From positions 62,001 to 126,000 of the forward strand of contig NIVC01000513.1 in the NCBI GenBank assembly GCA_002269645.1: a DNA stretch of 64,000 nucleotides, given 5' to 3'. Below are positions 52,733 through 64,000 of the stretch, one piece after another. This DNA comes from Macrostomum lignano. Its lineage: Eukaryota. The position numbers and the translations under genes were made by a program. The notes beneath the pieces were generated by a model. That model saw nothing but the letters and a program-made list of their open reading frames with translations, ran no database searches and was not told the origin of the DNA. The number at the start of each line of letters is the position of its first letter. Position 1 is the stretch's first letter.

Positions 52733-53187
52733 TTGATGGGTTTCGGCCTTTTCGGCACCTTTGGGGAAGCCTTCGGGCTTCAGGTCTCAGAAATAAATCA
52801 ATTAGAGTGCTGGCCCCCCACTCGTGTCAGATGGTCAGCCCCAAGGTAGCTTGATCTGTGGCGAGCAGTCTAAGTCCTATAGCTAAGAGAGGGAGAGCGA
52901 GAGACAGGCAGGGAGAATTACGAAGGTAGAGATTAGCTTATCCGCAGATTAACTAACCCTTTCGGAGATCTCAAAGCTATGATTTTCGATCGAATTGCTG
53001 TAACTAACGCAAATTATTGCGATTCATCTTGTTGTCCCAGTCATTGCAGTTTTGCAGAGCGGAAGTCTTGCTTTAAGCTTTACTAAAACCTTACTTGCAG
53101 TGGCGCTGACAGGTTTGCTTTTCCGGCTATCTGCTGCTCAAATGACAGAAATATTTTCGAAACACTGGCGTCTCTAAAGGCCCTATA

Positions 53188-53735
53188 ATGAGTGTTGTCT
53201 CAGAGCTTCCAAGATGTCAGCAGTTCGTCTACCTCGGCGGTCTGGTTCCCGACGTCCGCGAGGATCTGCGGCGTCGCCGAGGACTTGCCTGGGCTGCCTT
53301 TCGTTCTATAAGGTCAGTCCTGCAGTCCGAGGCCCTACCGGACCGCCAGAGAGCGGCGCTGTTCCAGGCGGTGATCGAGACCGTCCTGTTATACAACGCC
53401 GAGACCTGGACGCTGACAGACTCGCTCGAGGCTCAATTTGACGCGGCACACGCTGGCCTGCTGCGCGCCGCCTTCAAGATCGGCAACGAGCGAGTCACCA
53501 ACACGGCGCTCTATCATCGCGCCGGCCTGGCCCGTCCTAGCGATCTGCTGCGCCGTCGGCGACTCCAGCTGGCAGGCCACGTCATCCGCGCGATGCCGAG
53601 TCCTCGCGATGAGGCGAGGACTCGGCGCTACGTCGACTGTCTGCTGGCTGACGCCGGCGCCCCGGACTCTGCCTTTGTTCGCGCCCAAGCTTCGAAGCGC
53701 GCCATCTGGACGCTGCTTTTGCGAACTGGCAGCGT
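53188..53735 (+). mobile_element. RTE-clade LINE fragment (RT thumb / C-terminus)
   Basis: QQFVYLGG...DLRRRRGLAWAAF...FQAVIETVLLYNAETWTLT...LQLAGHVIR is characteristic of RTE-like ORF2 C-termini. Confidence 0.8.
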
Positions 53736-53799
53736 ACTCTGTTGTTGTTGTTGTTGTTGTTGTTGTCTCAGAATTCGCCGTACCGTATTACGGTACAGA

Positions 53800-55275
53800 A
53801 AGTATAGTACAGTATAGTACAGTATAGTACAGTATAGTACAGTATAGTACAGTATAGTACAGTATAGTACAGTATAGTACAGTATAGTACAGTATAGTAC
53901 AGTATAGTACAGTACAGACAGTATAGTACAGTACAGACAGTATAGTACAGTACAGATAGTATAGTACAGTACAGATAGTATAGTACAGTACAGAGAGTAT
54001 AGTACAGTACAGATAGTATAGTACAGTATAGTACACTATAGTACAGTACAGAGAGTATAGTAGAGTATAGTACAGTATAGTACAGTATAGTACAGTACAG
54101 ACAGTATAGTACAGTATAGTACAGTACAGACAGTATAGTACAGTACAGACAGTATAGTACAGTACAGATAGTATAGTACAGTACAGACAATAGAGTACAG
54201 TACAGAGAGTATAGTACAGTACAGATAGTATAGTACAGTACAGACAGTATAGTACAGTACAGATAGTATAGTACAGTACAGACAATAAAGTACAGTACAG
54301 AGAGTATAGTAGAGTATAGTACAGTATAGTACAGTATAGTACAGTATAGTACAGTATAGTACAGTATAGTACAGTACAGACAGTATAGTACAGTACAGAC
54401 AGTATAGTACAGTACAGATAGTATAGTACAGTACAGATAGTATAGTACAGTACAGAGAGTATAGTACAGTACAGATAGTATAGTACAGTATAGTACACTA
54501 TAGTACAGTACAGAGAGTATAGTAGAGTATAGTACAGTATAGTACAGTATAGTACAGTACAGACAGTATAGTACAGTATAGTACAGTACAGACAGTATAG
54601 TACAGTACAGACAGTATAGTACAGTACAGATAGTATAGTACAGTACAGACAATAGAGTACAGTACAGAGAGTATAGTACAGTACAGATAGTATAGTACAG
54701 TACAGACAGTATAGTACAGTACAGATAGTATAGTACAGTACAGACAATAAAGTACAGTACAGAGAGTATAGATAGTATAGTACAGTACAGACAGTATGGT
54801 ACAGTACAGACAGTATGGTACAGTACAGACAGTATAGTACAGTACAGACAGTATGGTACAGTACAGACAGTATAGTACAGTACAGATAGTATAGTACAGT
54901 ACAGACAGTATAGTACAGTACAGAGAGTATAGATAGTATAGTACAGTACAGACAGTATAGTACAGTACAGACAGTATAGTACAGTACAGACAGTATAGTA
55001 CAGTACAGACAATAAAGTACAGTACAGAGAGTATAGTACAGTACAGACAGTATAGTACAGTATAGTACAGTATAGTACAGTACAGACAGTATAGTACAGT
55101 ATAGACAGTATAGACAGTATAGTACAGTACAGACAGTATAGTACAGTATAGACAGTATAGACAGTATAGACAGTATAGTACAGTATAGACAGTATAGTAC
55201 AGTATAGACAGTATAGTACAGTATAGTACAGTATAGTACAGTATAGACAGTACGAGCCGTATAATACAGTATAGA
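53800..55275. repeat. 5/10-bp satellite (AGTATAGTAC / AGTACAGACA)n
   Basis: Read directly. Confidence 0.95.
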
Positions 55276-56451
55276 CATGCAGCCGAGTGCCTTGAAAGCA
55301 ATATTTATGCATTTGCGTGTTTTCTTTCGACTGATATGGTGCTGCCAACTGATACAAATGCACTGCTGCGAGATATTGTATAACTGTTTTCATGTAAATG
55401 CAACACTACAAATTATTAAACTGTCTCTGTAATCGTCATGATCCCACAGTAATTGTCATTTTTAACCAAAAAAAAACTAAAACTTACGTACTAAGTTAAA
55501 CTTTATGCTTAGAGTAACATTTTTATGAAAATTTTGAGTCCGATTTTCGTCCCTTTGAGCCCGACTTAGGCATCCGCGGGACACGAAAAGTGTCGGACAT
55601 GAACTGTTCTAACGGACGCCATAAAATTCGTGAGAATTTTTAAACCGGCTGTATTTTATAGTCAACGACAGCGCATAGGCTCAATGAAAGAAAAAATTCA
55701 ATGGTTTGAGGGGGGTAGGGTTAGCGCTAAATCAGTTTGTCCCTGCGCCGTTGCTTGGCAACCAACAACCCACCCCCAAGCCTTTGCTCAGCTGCGAGTC
55801 TTCTGTGTCCCGCGCTAGCAGTAGGTTGCTGGCATTTGCCATTAAACCTCAGCAGCCATTGGGCATTGAGGTCGGCTGGTCTGCAGCTGGTCCGTTTGGA
55901 TTATAGCTGCGGTCGAGACGCATACAAGTCAAAGTTTCTCCGCTTCGATGTAAGCGCGAAAGCAATTGGAAATCGCAAAGACAAGGCATGTTCTTAAAGG
56001 AAAGCGATAAAGGTATGTAGTATAAAGATACTAGTTTCTTTTTTCGATTTTTCGATTTTCTATTTTTCTATTTTCTATTTTTCTATTTTCTAAACTATTT
56101 ACTAGCTGTTAGACACAATCGATTCGAAGCAAAGTCTGAGGAAATTTTTGAAATTCCCAAAACATTGAGCAAATATTATTTTACGAGATAATTCTCACAG
56201 GATTGAGCAAACCCTTCATTCCACCAGTGAACTAGGTACTATAGGCACTCAGTTCCACTGCATTTTCCGTGAAAAAATGTTCGTCACTGTTCACGGCTTT
56301 TCTGTTCACGGCAGTATCGATGCGATAGTGCTGTCAGAGCAAACGACTAATAAACTGACACCAAAGACAATTTATATCCTACTAACAGTAGGCCAATCAG
56401 TGCATAACCCAGTTGTGCAAGGAAACTCAGACGCTCAGCGCTTCTTTTTCG

Positions 56452-58811
56452 ATGCAGCAATTCTGCGGTTGCTGCTGCTTGCCGCGGCCTTCGAGTGCGG
56501 CCTCTGCTACTCGCAGCTGCGCCACCGCCCAGAACTCCAAACTTGTGATTCGAGGTATCCGAACTGTTGGGATCGGAGTGGATCAGGTCAGTGACTCATT
56601 TTTTCTAGAAGGACTCAAACAACTTGTAATTTGGCCCACAAGTTCAAACACTCCAGTAACCATGGCAACAAGTTTTAGAGCGAGGCGCAGCGGCTGAGCA
56701 GTTCGACAAGTGCAGCTGCAACTCCAAAGTGTGGCAGCCACGAAAGTGCATGGATGGCGAAGCAGGTGAAGCTGGCCCAAAATATTTGCAATCTGAGGTG
56801 AGCAAAGGCGATGCAGCCGGTGCAACAGCTGAGAAGCACAGCACAGTCGCTGCTACTGGTGACAATAAACCAGAAACGGTGAAGCATGGTGAGGAACCTA
56901 AAACAGAATCCACTGCAGCAGATGACGCATCAAAAATTTCGTGTCGAGATCACGAGAACAAAAAATTGGACTGGTTCTTCGCCATCAAGCAGGACCGCTC
57001 GAAGCGGCTCATTTATGTGGCGAGCAACGGAGAGGGAGGCGGATGGATTTCCGATCCAGAACTTGGACCTGTGTTAAAAACTTTTGAACAAGCCAAATAC
57101 AGAAGAACCGCATCAGAACTGTTTGTATACAACGATCATCCTCCTGATCGTCAAGCAGCCAGAAATTCAGGAGCTCACATGAAGGGCGTGATTCTTCACG
57201 GCTCCAGCAGTGAAGACACCGGATTCTGGATGATGCACAGCGTGCCGCAGGTGAATTTGAATGTCAATTGGGAGGAACTCGATGGCCAGTCATTCTTCTG
57301 CGTGACGCTGAAAAGGCCGGAAATTAAAAATGTAGAAAGCATGGTAACAAAATTGCTAAACGACAAACCTCCAGCCGAAATTTCGTATACACAGCTGCGC
57401 ACGAAAGACGGTAAAAAATTGCACGTCAATATCAAGCCATCTCGCCGTGCAAGGGATATTTACAGTGGAATACAGGTAGATGGTCGCAGCTTGACAAAAG
57501 TCCAAGTCCAGTCCCACCGTCTCGGCACTTCTCGGCCTTTACCATCAAACGGTGATGCAGCGAATGTGCCTGCTGTTAAGTTTCAACTTGGAAATGAATT
57601 TATTGGCATGCTGTTCAGCCAGGACAACTCAAAGTGGAGCATCGGAGAGATCCCAGTGGAAGGTGAGGAGAGCAGGAAATTTGTGTGCGCAGGCGACTTG
57701 GACCGGGTGAAGGCACATCAGGATCGAGCTGGCTGCCTGGTGTGCATGGAAAATGTGGGGCTGTGGAACCTACTGAACGATACCATAACAGCTGGAAACG
57801 AGCTGACCAATCAAGGACAGGATGTGCCAGGTGCAGATGGCTTCACGTGCAAGATTGACGAGGGGAACTCAGTTGACTGGTTCGTCATGGTGAAGAACAG
57901 TGGTAATCATGCTTACAAATATTTGTCCTCTCGGGATAATGAATGGCATGAAAACAATCAGAACATCAGAGGTCAGAACGGTCGGATCAACCATAACATT
58001 CCTCTCAAGGCCACACTAGATCAAGAATTTCTTCTGCCAATCAGGAATGGCCCGGGGCGTAGTTCGAGTATTTACTCTTACAGTGACCAGCCTCCAAGCG
58101 GAAGTGCGCCAAGTGGTAGAGCTCACGCTAAGGGAGTTGTCATGTTTGGGAAATCAACTGGATTCTGGCTGATGCACTCAATGCCAAAGTTTCCAAATTT
58201 TTCGGAAGCTAGTTACACCTGGCCCCCCAGAGCGAACGATGGATTCAACCTTCGAAATTGCGAAAATTCAACCTTGCGTCACCATCCGGACGTCTCAGCG
58301 GCCTGCGATTCTAGACCAGTTAGCGAGAATGCAGGTGCATAAATATTTCGGCAACGTTCTTCTTCCGTCCATCGCAGACGGAGAAATATCAAGCACCAGG
58401 CTGACATCCTATGGCGAAGTGGAATTCATCCACATTGCGAAATCAAAGTTTGACGATGAAGGCATCGATATTTACGAGTTTGTTTCAAATTTGATTGACG
58501 CCGGGCACCTGCGAGTTCAGACCTATTTAAGGAACATAAATGATGCTTTGACTGACCCTGAAAGTGTAAGCCAAGTTAGAAACAGAACCTACTTTGGCAG
58601 GAATATAATGTCTGGAACGGATCATTCAAAATGGTGCGTCTCCGAAAAGAAAGTCGAGCAGAACGAGCCAGTGCCAGCTGCCAAAAAGTACTTTTGCATT
58701 GGCGATTTAAATCGAGAAATACCACAGAAAAAGCGAGGAGGCGGCGCGCTTTGTTTTTTAAATGCCAACGTGTGGGCCAAATTCCATTCATTTATCAGGG
58801 ATGGAGGATAA
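56452..58811 (+). CDS. Secreted protein with two tandem DNase II domains (exons 56452-56586 and 56679-58811; apparent frameshifts just after the ATG and near 58250)
   Basis: Signal-like (M)AAILRLLLLAAAFECGLC, then a 92-nt phase-1 intron in frame with ORF 56729. Domain A: SCRDHENKKLDWFFAIK, AHMKG, FWMMHSVP, GQSFFCVTL, QDNSKW, VCAGDLDR. Domain B: TCKIDEGNSVDWFVMVK, AHAKG, FWLMHSMPKFP, then in ORF 58239 TDHSKWCVS and FCIGDLNR...RGGGALC. Confidence 0.82.
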
Positions 58812-58889
58812 GGGAAAAGGGATAGGGATAGAGGATAAGTGATAGGGGATAGGAGATAAGGGATAGGGGATAGGGGATAAGGGATAGGG

Positions 58890-59140
58890 CAGGGGCGTCG
58901 CCAACGGGGGACAGGGGGGACATGTCCCCCCAGTAAAAGATCTGCTTTTCGCGCTAAAATGAGTGCCTGCGGAGCTAAAATGGTGCCTGCGGCGCTAAAA
59001 TGAGTGCCTGTGGCGCTAAAATGAGTGCTGACAACACCCGATTCTGAAAAGAATATACATGTAGGAATTTAGTCGTGTACATGTACATCTAGAATTCTTG
59101 GCTTTGTCCAGCCCCCATAAAATCCATTGCCACGCCCCTG
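58890..59140. mobile_element. 251-bp MITE, hAT-like
   Basis: TIRs CAGGGGCGT...ACGCCCCTG. The 8-bp flanks GGATAGGG/TGATAGGG match at 7/8, but they lie in a GGGATA-rich tract. Confidence 0.5.
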
Positions 59141-59904
59141 TGATAGGGGATAAGGGATATGGGATAATTGATAAGGAATGGGGGACACTAGTTGTATTGC
59201 TATTTGCTGCAAACTTTTTATTGGTAGCTTGCTTATTTTTAATTGCTAGCACGTACTATTGTAACCGCGTGCGCTATTGCTAGTTGATTGAATATTGTGC
59301 AGCTTACGAGTATTTCATTGAAAGTGAAAACGATTACAATGATGGGCATTATGGTGTTTAAAAATTTATTTAAAAAATCAATCACCTACTTAGAAACATT
59401 TCATCTGCTTTACGACTATCTCGAAGATCCTTTTGTTATCGGATTATGCATGTCCCAAACCCCATCGTTGTCGTCAGTTATTGCTTATTTTGAATCTACC
59501 GATCAATCAGATTGGAAGTACCTGCCAAAGGACATTGCAAGCGCCACTAAATGGACTTTATTTAAGATTATTTTGAATATAATCTCGTATAGTTTCAAAT
59601 TTGAATTATCCATTTACTAACTATTCGAGTATAGCTTAATTTTATATTTTCATTGAGAGATTTGTGTAGTATCTGTGTATTATTTGGATTTCGTCTATAA
59701 TAAATTGAGTGGCATCGCATGGAAAGATGTCAATTTATTGTCAAAGAAGACGTCTGATACGTCAATGGCACAAGGGTGCATGCATGAGGTAATCGATCAC
59801 TTTGTGTTGTTGAGGACTGGTGACTTTGTCTGCTGTCATTTCTTCCCCCGCCACGTTTGTGCAGCCTTTCCGCATCGCATAGCGGGCACCAACTCTGGGC
59901 ACCC

Positions 59905-61577
59905 ACCCTGAGCACTCACCCTGTGCACTCTCCCTGTGCACTCACCCTGTGCACTCACCCTGTGCACTCACCCTGTGCACTCACCCTGTGCACTCACCCT
60001 GTGCACTCACCCTGTGCACTCACCCTGTGCACCCTCCCTGTGCACTCACCCTGTGCACTCACCCTGTGTACCCTCCCTGTGCACTCACCCTGAGCACTCA
60101 CCCTGTGCACTCACCCTGTGCACTCACCCTGTGTACCCTCCCTGTGCACTCACCCTGAGCACTCACCCTGTGCACTCACCCTGTGCACTCACCCTGTGCA
60201 CTCACCCTGTGCACTCACCCTGTGTACCCTCCCTGTGCACTCACCCTGAGCACTCACCCTGTGCACTCACCCTGTGCACCCTCCCTGTGCACTCACCCTG
60301 TGCACTCACCCTGTGCACTCACCCTGTGCACTCACCCTGTGCACTCACCCTGAGCACTCACCCTGTGCACTCACCCTGTGCACTCACCCTGTGCACTCAC
60401 CCTGAGCACTCACCCTGAGCACTCACCCTGTGCACTCACCCTGTGCACCCTCCCTGTGCACTCACCCTGTGCACTCACCCTGTGCACTCACCCTGTGCAC
60501 TCACCCTGAGCACTCACCCTGTGCACCCTCCCTGTGCACTCACCCTGTGCACTCACCCTGTGTACCCTCCCTGTGCACTCACCCTGAGCACTCACCCTGT
60601 GCACTCACCCTGTGCACTCACCCTGTGTACCCTCCCTGTGCACTCACCCTGAGCACTCACCCTGTGCACTCTCCCTGTGCACTCACCCTGTGTACCCTCC
60701 CTGTGCACTCACCCTGTGCACTCACCCTGTGTACTCTCCCTGTGCACTCACCCTGAGCACTCACCCTGTGCACTCTCCCTGTGCACTCACCCTGTGTACC
60801 CTCCCTGTGCACTCACCCTGTGCACTCACCCTGTGTACCCTCCCTGTGCACTCACCCTGTGCACTCACCCTGTGCACTCACCCTGTGCACTCACCCTGTG
60901 TACCCTCCCTGTGCACTCACCCTGTGCACTCACCCTGTGTACCCTCCCTGTGCACTCACCCTGTGCACTCACCCTGTGTACCCTCCCTGTGCACTCACCC
61001 TGTGCACTCACCCTGTGTACCCTCCCTGTGCACTCACCCTGTGTACCCTCCCTGTGCACTCACCCTGTGCACTCACCCTGTGCACTCACCCTGTGCACTC
61101 ACCCTGTGCACTCACCCTGTGTACCCTCCCTGTGCACTCACCCTGTGCACTCACCCTGAGCACTCACCCTGTGCACTCACCCTGTGTACCCTCCCTGTGC
61201 ACTCACCCTGTGCACTCACCCTGTGCACTCACCCTGTGTACCCTCCCTGTGCACTCACCCTGTGCACTCACCCTGTGCACTCACCCTGTGCACTCACCCT
61301 GTGCACTCACCCTGTGCACTCACCCTGAGCACTCACCCTGTGCACTCACCCTGAGCACTCACCCTGTGCACTCACCCTGTGTACCCTCCCTGTGCACTCA
61401 CCCTGTGCACTCACCCTGTGCACTCACCCTGTGTACCCTCCCTGTGCACTCACCCTGTGCACTCACCCTGTGCACTCACCCTGTGCACTCACCCTGTGTA
61501 CCCTCCCTGTGCACTCACCCTGTGCACTCACCCTGAGCACTCACCCTGTGCACTCACCCTGAGCACTCACCCTGTGC
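59905..61577. repeat. 13-bp minisatellite (TCACCCTGTGCAC / TCCCTGTGYAC)n
   Basis: More than 120 copies. Confidence 0.95.
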
Positions 61578-61579
61578 CT

Positions 61580-62220
61580 GGATTTATCCACTATTTATCC
61601 ACTATTAAGGCTCTCTGAGACTAAGACCACAGCGATCATGTTCACCAGCAGGACCAAGTGGCAGACTCGGCCGCTCACGCTTTACGGAAGGGAAATCCCC
61701 TTCTGCAAGCAGACTAAATGTCTCGGTATTACCCTGGACCTCAGGCTCAACTGGTCGCCCCAAGTTGAAGCAAAAGTCAAGAAAGCCCTCGCAGTCCTCG
61801 CGCAGCTACGCAGGGCTGTCGGCACCATCTGGGGGCTCGCCCCCAAGCGCCTCTGGTGGATCGACACTGCAATGGTTAGGCCTGCTATCTCGTATGGCGG
61901 CCTGATCTGGGCTGGCGCCCTGCAGATAAAGACCTGCCTGGAGGCTCTCAGGAGAACGCAAGGGCGCGCATGTCGCATGATCATGAGCGCCCCTCCGTCT
62001 GCTCCTTACGATGGCCTCAACGCCTTCCTCAACATTCCTCCGCTGGACATCTTGTCCGCAGGTATGCGGCTAAGACTTCCCGCCGTCTGATTGACGCTGA
62101 CATTCGTATCCTGCCCCATAGGGCCATGGCTAAGCGCAAGCTTCTGCCCCACGCCGACCTCTGCGCTTCACGTCTTATCTGACGGTGAACCCCGCACTCT
62201 CAACCTCTTTCAGCGCTCTT
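61580..62220 (+). mobile_element. Non-LTR retrotransposon fragment (LOA/R1-like RT C-terminus)
   Basis: TKCLGITLDLRLNW...WGLAPKRLWWIDTAMVRPAISYGGLIW...LNIPPLDI; frameshifted and truncated at both ends. Confidence 0.8.
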
Positions 62221-62221
62221 T

Positions 62222-63315
62222 CAGCCTGAGCACCCAACCCAGCAACCACCCTGAGCACCCAACCCAGCAACCACCCTGAGCACCCAACCCAGCAACCACC
62301 CTGAGCACCCAACCAGCAACCACCCTGAGCACCCAACCCAGCAACCACCCTGAGCACCCAACCCAGCAACCACCCTGAGCACCCAACCCAGCAAGCACCC
62401 TGAGCACCCAACCCAGCAACCACCCTGAGCACCCAACCCAGCAACCACCCTGAGCACCCAACCCAGCAAGCACCCTGAGCACCCAACCCAGCAAGCACCC
62501 TGAGCACCCAACCCAGCAACCACCCTGAGCACCCAACCCAGCAACCACCCTGAGCACCCAACCCAGCAAGCACCCTGAGCACCCAACCCAGCAACCACCC
62601 TGAGCACCCAACCCAGCAACCACCCTGAGCACCCAACCCAGCAACCACCCTGAGCACCCAACCCAGCAACCACCCTGAGCACCCAACCCAGCAAGCACCC
62701 TGAGCACCCAACCCAGCAACCACCCTGAGCACCCAACCCAGCAACCACCCTGAGCACCCAACCCAGCAAGCACCCTGAGCACCCAACCCAGCAACCACCC
62801 TGAGCACCCAACCCAGCAACCACCCTGAGCACCCAACCCAGCAACCACCCTGAGCACCCAACCCAGCAAGCACCCTGAGCACCCAACCCAGCAACCACCC
62901 TGAGCACCCAACCCAGCAACCACCCTGAGCACCCAACCCAGCAACCACCCTGAGCACCCAACCCAGCAACCACCCTGAGCACCCAACCCAGCAACCACCC
63001 TGAGCACCCAACCCAGCAACCACCCTGAGCACCCAACCCAGCAACCACCCTGAGCACCCAACCCAGCAACCACCCTGAGCACCCAACCCAGCAAGCACCC
63101 TGAGCACCCAACCCAGCAACCACCCTGAGCACCCAACCCAGCAAGCACCCTGAGCACCCAACCCAGCAACCACCCTGAGCACCCAACCCAGCAACCACCC
63201 TGAGCACCCAACCCAGCAAGCACCCTGAGCACCCAACCCAGCAAGCACCCTGAGCACCCAACCCAGCAACCACCCTGAGCACCCAACCCAGCAACCACCC
63301 TGAGCACCCAACCCA
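62222..63315. repeat. 25-bp minisatellite (CAACCACCCTGAGCACCCAACCCAG)n
   Basis: About 43 near-identical copies. Confidence 0.95.
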
Positions 63316-63768
63316 GAACATGGTTAAGTACAGTGCGTGCAATATCATAATATCCTAAAAGTTTCTTCCAAGCCGTTCATCTGGGATCCTAAATAGACAT
63401 AGCAGAGTAACTGGATGCATGAACTGAGATGATTAAATTATAGTTAGTCATTATGGTTATAAGGGAATAATTGCACTTTAGGACTCATACAAGTACAGAA
63501 GCTCACCATCATTCAGAGGGGCCTAAACACGACGTCTGGATTAGCTTATTTTCTCTTGAATATACTTCGCATTATTTCTATAGACGCTTCACCTCCTGCG
63601 GAGGCAAATAATTTACAAAGCCATGTGGCTTCTGGACTAAATATATCGAGCTCATTAATATTCATACACTGGATTGATAGTCATACAGGCTCATACTTGA
63701 GAGTTGCCAATCACTAGTGACTGCTTTAAATTGAGTTTACCCATTCGGTGCCATCTGCAGCAGCAACT

Positions 63769-64000
63769 CTATGAGGCTGACACATCCGATGACAACACTG
63801 GGTCAGAATCGCCCTTCGGGTTTTCTACTGCCACATGCAGTGTTGCTGCCGTGGTAGTTGATTTCATTGGCCGAAACACTTCGCGGTTGCTGGTGACCGC
63901 TGAGGTGTCGGGGCAGCCGGCCAGCTCGCACCGGGTGACAAAGTGCGCCAAGCTCGATTCCCCGCTAGATTGGAAATCTCTCCAGCTGGTGTCAAAGCTG
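63769..64000 (-). CDS. Paralog of the small secreted protein at 49014-49454; 5'-partial (extends beyond the window)
   Basis: SFDTSWRDFQSSGESSLAHFVTRCELAGCPDTSAVTSNREVFRPMKSTTTAATLHVAVENPKGDSDPVLSSDVSAS* aligns with copy 1. The frame and stop position are conserved despite indels, and the 3' flanks are homologous. Confidence 0.7.
   Translation of the reverse strand, partial: SFDTSWRDFQSSGESSLAHFVTRCELAGCPDTSAVTSNREVFRPMKSTTTAATLHVAVENPKGDSDPVLSSDVSAS

Noticed and set aside
52735-52795. Minus-strand CTGAAG...CCGAAAC segment resembling a hammerhead
   Set aside because: Lacks the CUGANGA core (reads CTGAAGCC).
50579-55393. NENGIM-, HNPILI- and YCTILY-repeat ORFs
   Set aside because: Satellite DNA open in several frames on both strands, with no coding signal.
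59936-63348. Cys/His-rich (HSPCALTLCT) and Trp/Gly-rich repeat ORFs
   Set aside because: 13-bp and 25-bp satellites whose unit lengths are not multiples of 3; not metallothionein-like proteins.

Overview
Repeat-rich invertebrate (animal) genomic DNA with short introns and many micro/minisatellites. It resembles a free-living flatworm such as Macrostomum, but the organism is an inference. Genes reconstructed by reading splice sites: (1) a minus-strand gene with a long Gly/Gln/Met/Ser heptad-repeat exon followed by a KIAA0513-like segment, running off the left edge; (2) a complete 15-exon axonemal dynein heavy chain (DNAH7-like, 7666-25382) with about nine apparent single-base deletions; (3) a two-exon Mab-21/cGAS-like nucleotidyltransferase with an intact catalytic triad; (4) a three-exon, 101-aa amidated neuropeptide-like precursor (33317-41230) that the ORF track misses, with a Ty3/gypsy LTR element in intron 2; (5) a tandemly duplicated cassette, each copy holding a secreted DNase II-family gene plus a small orphan secreted protein. 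The second DNase II gene has two fused DNase II domains, one with a degenerate catalytic motif. Mobile DNA includes a Penelope-like fragment forming a 227-bp inverted repeat with a hammerhead ribozyme motif, LOA/R1-type and RTE-type LINE fragments, and a small hAT-like MITE. Most other ORFs in the track are satellite artefacts.
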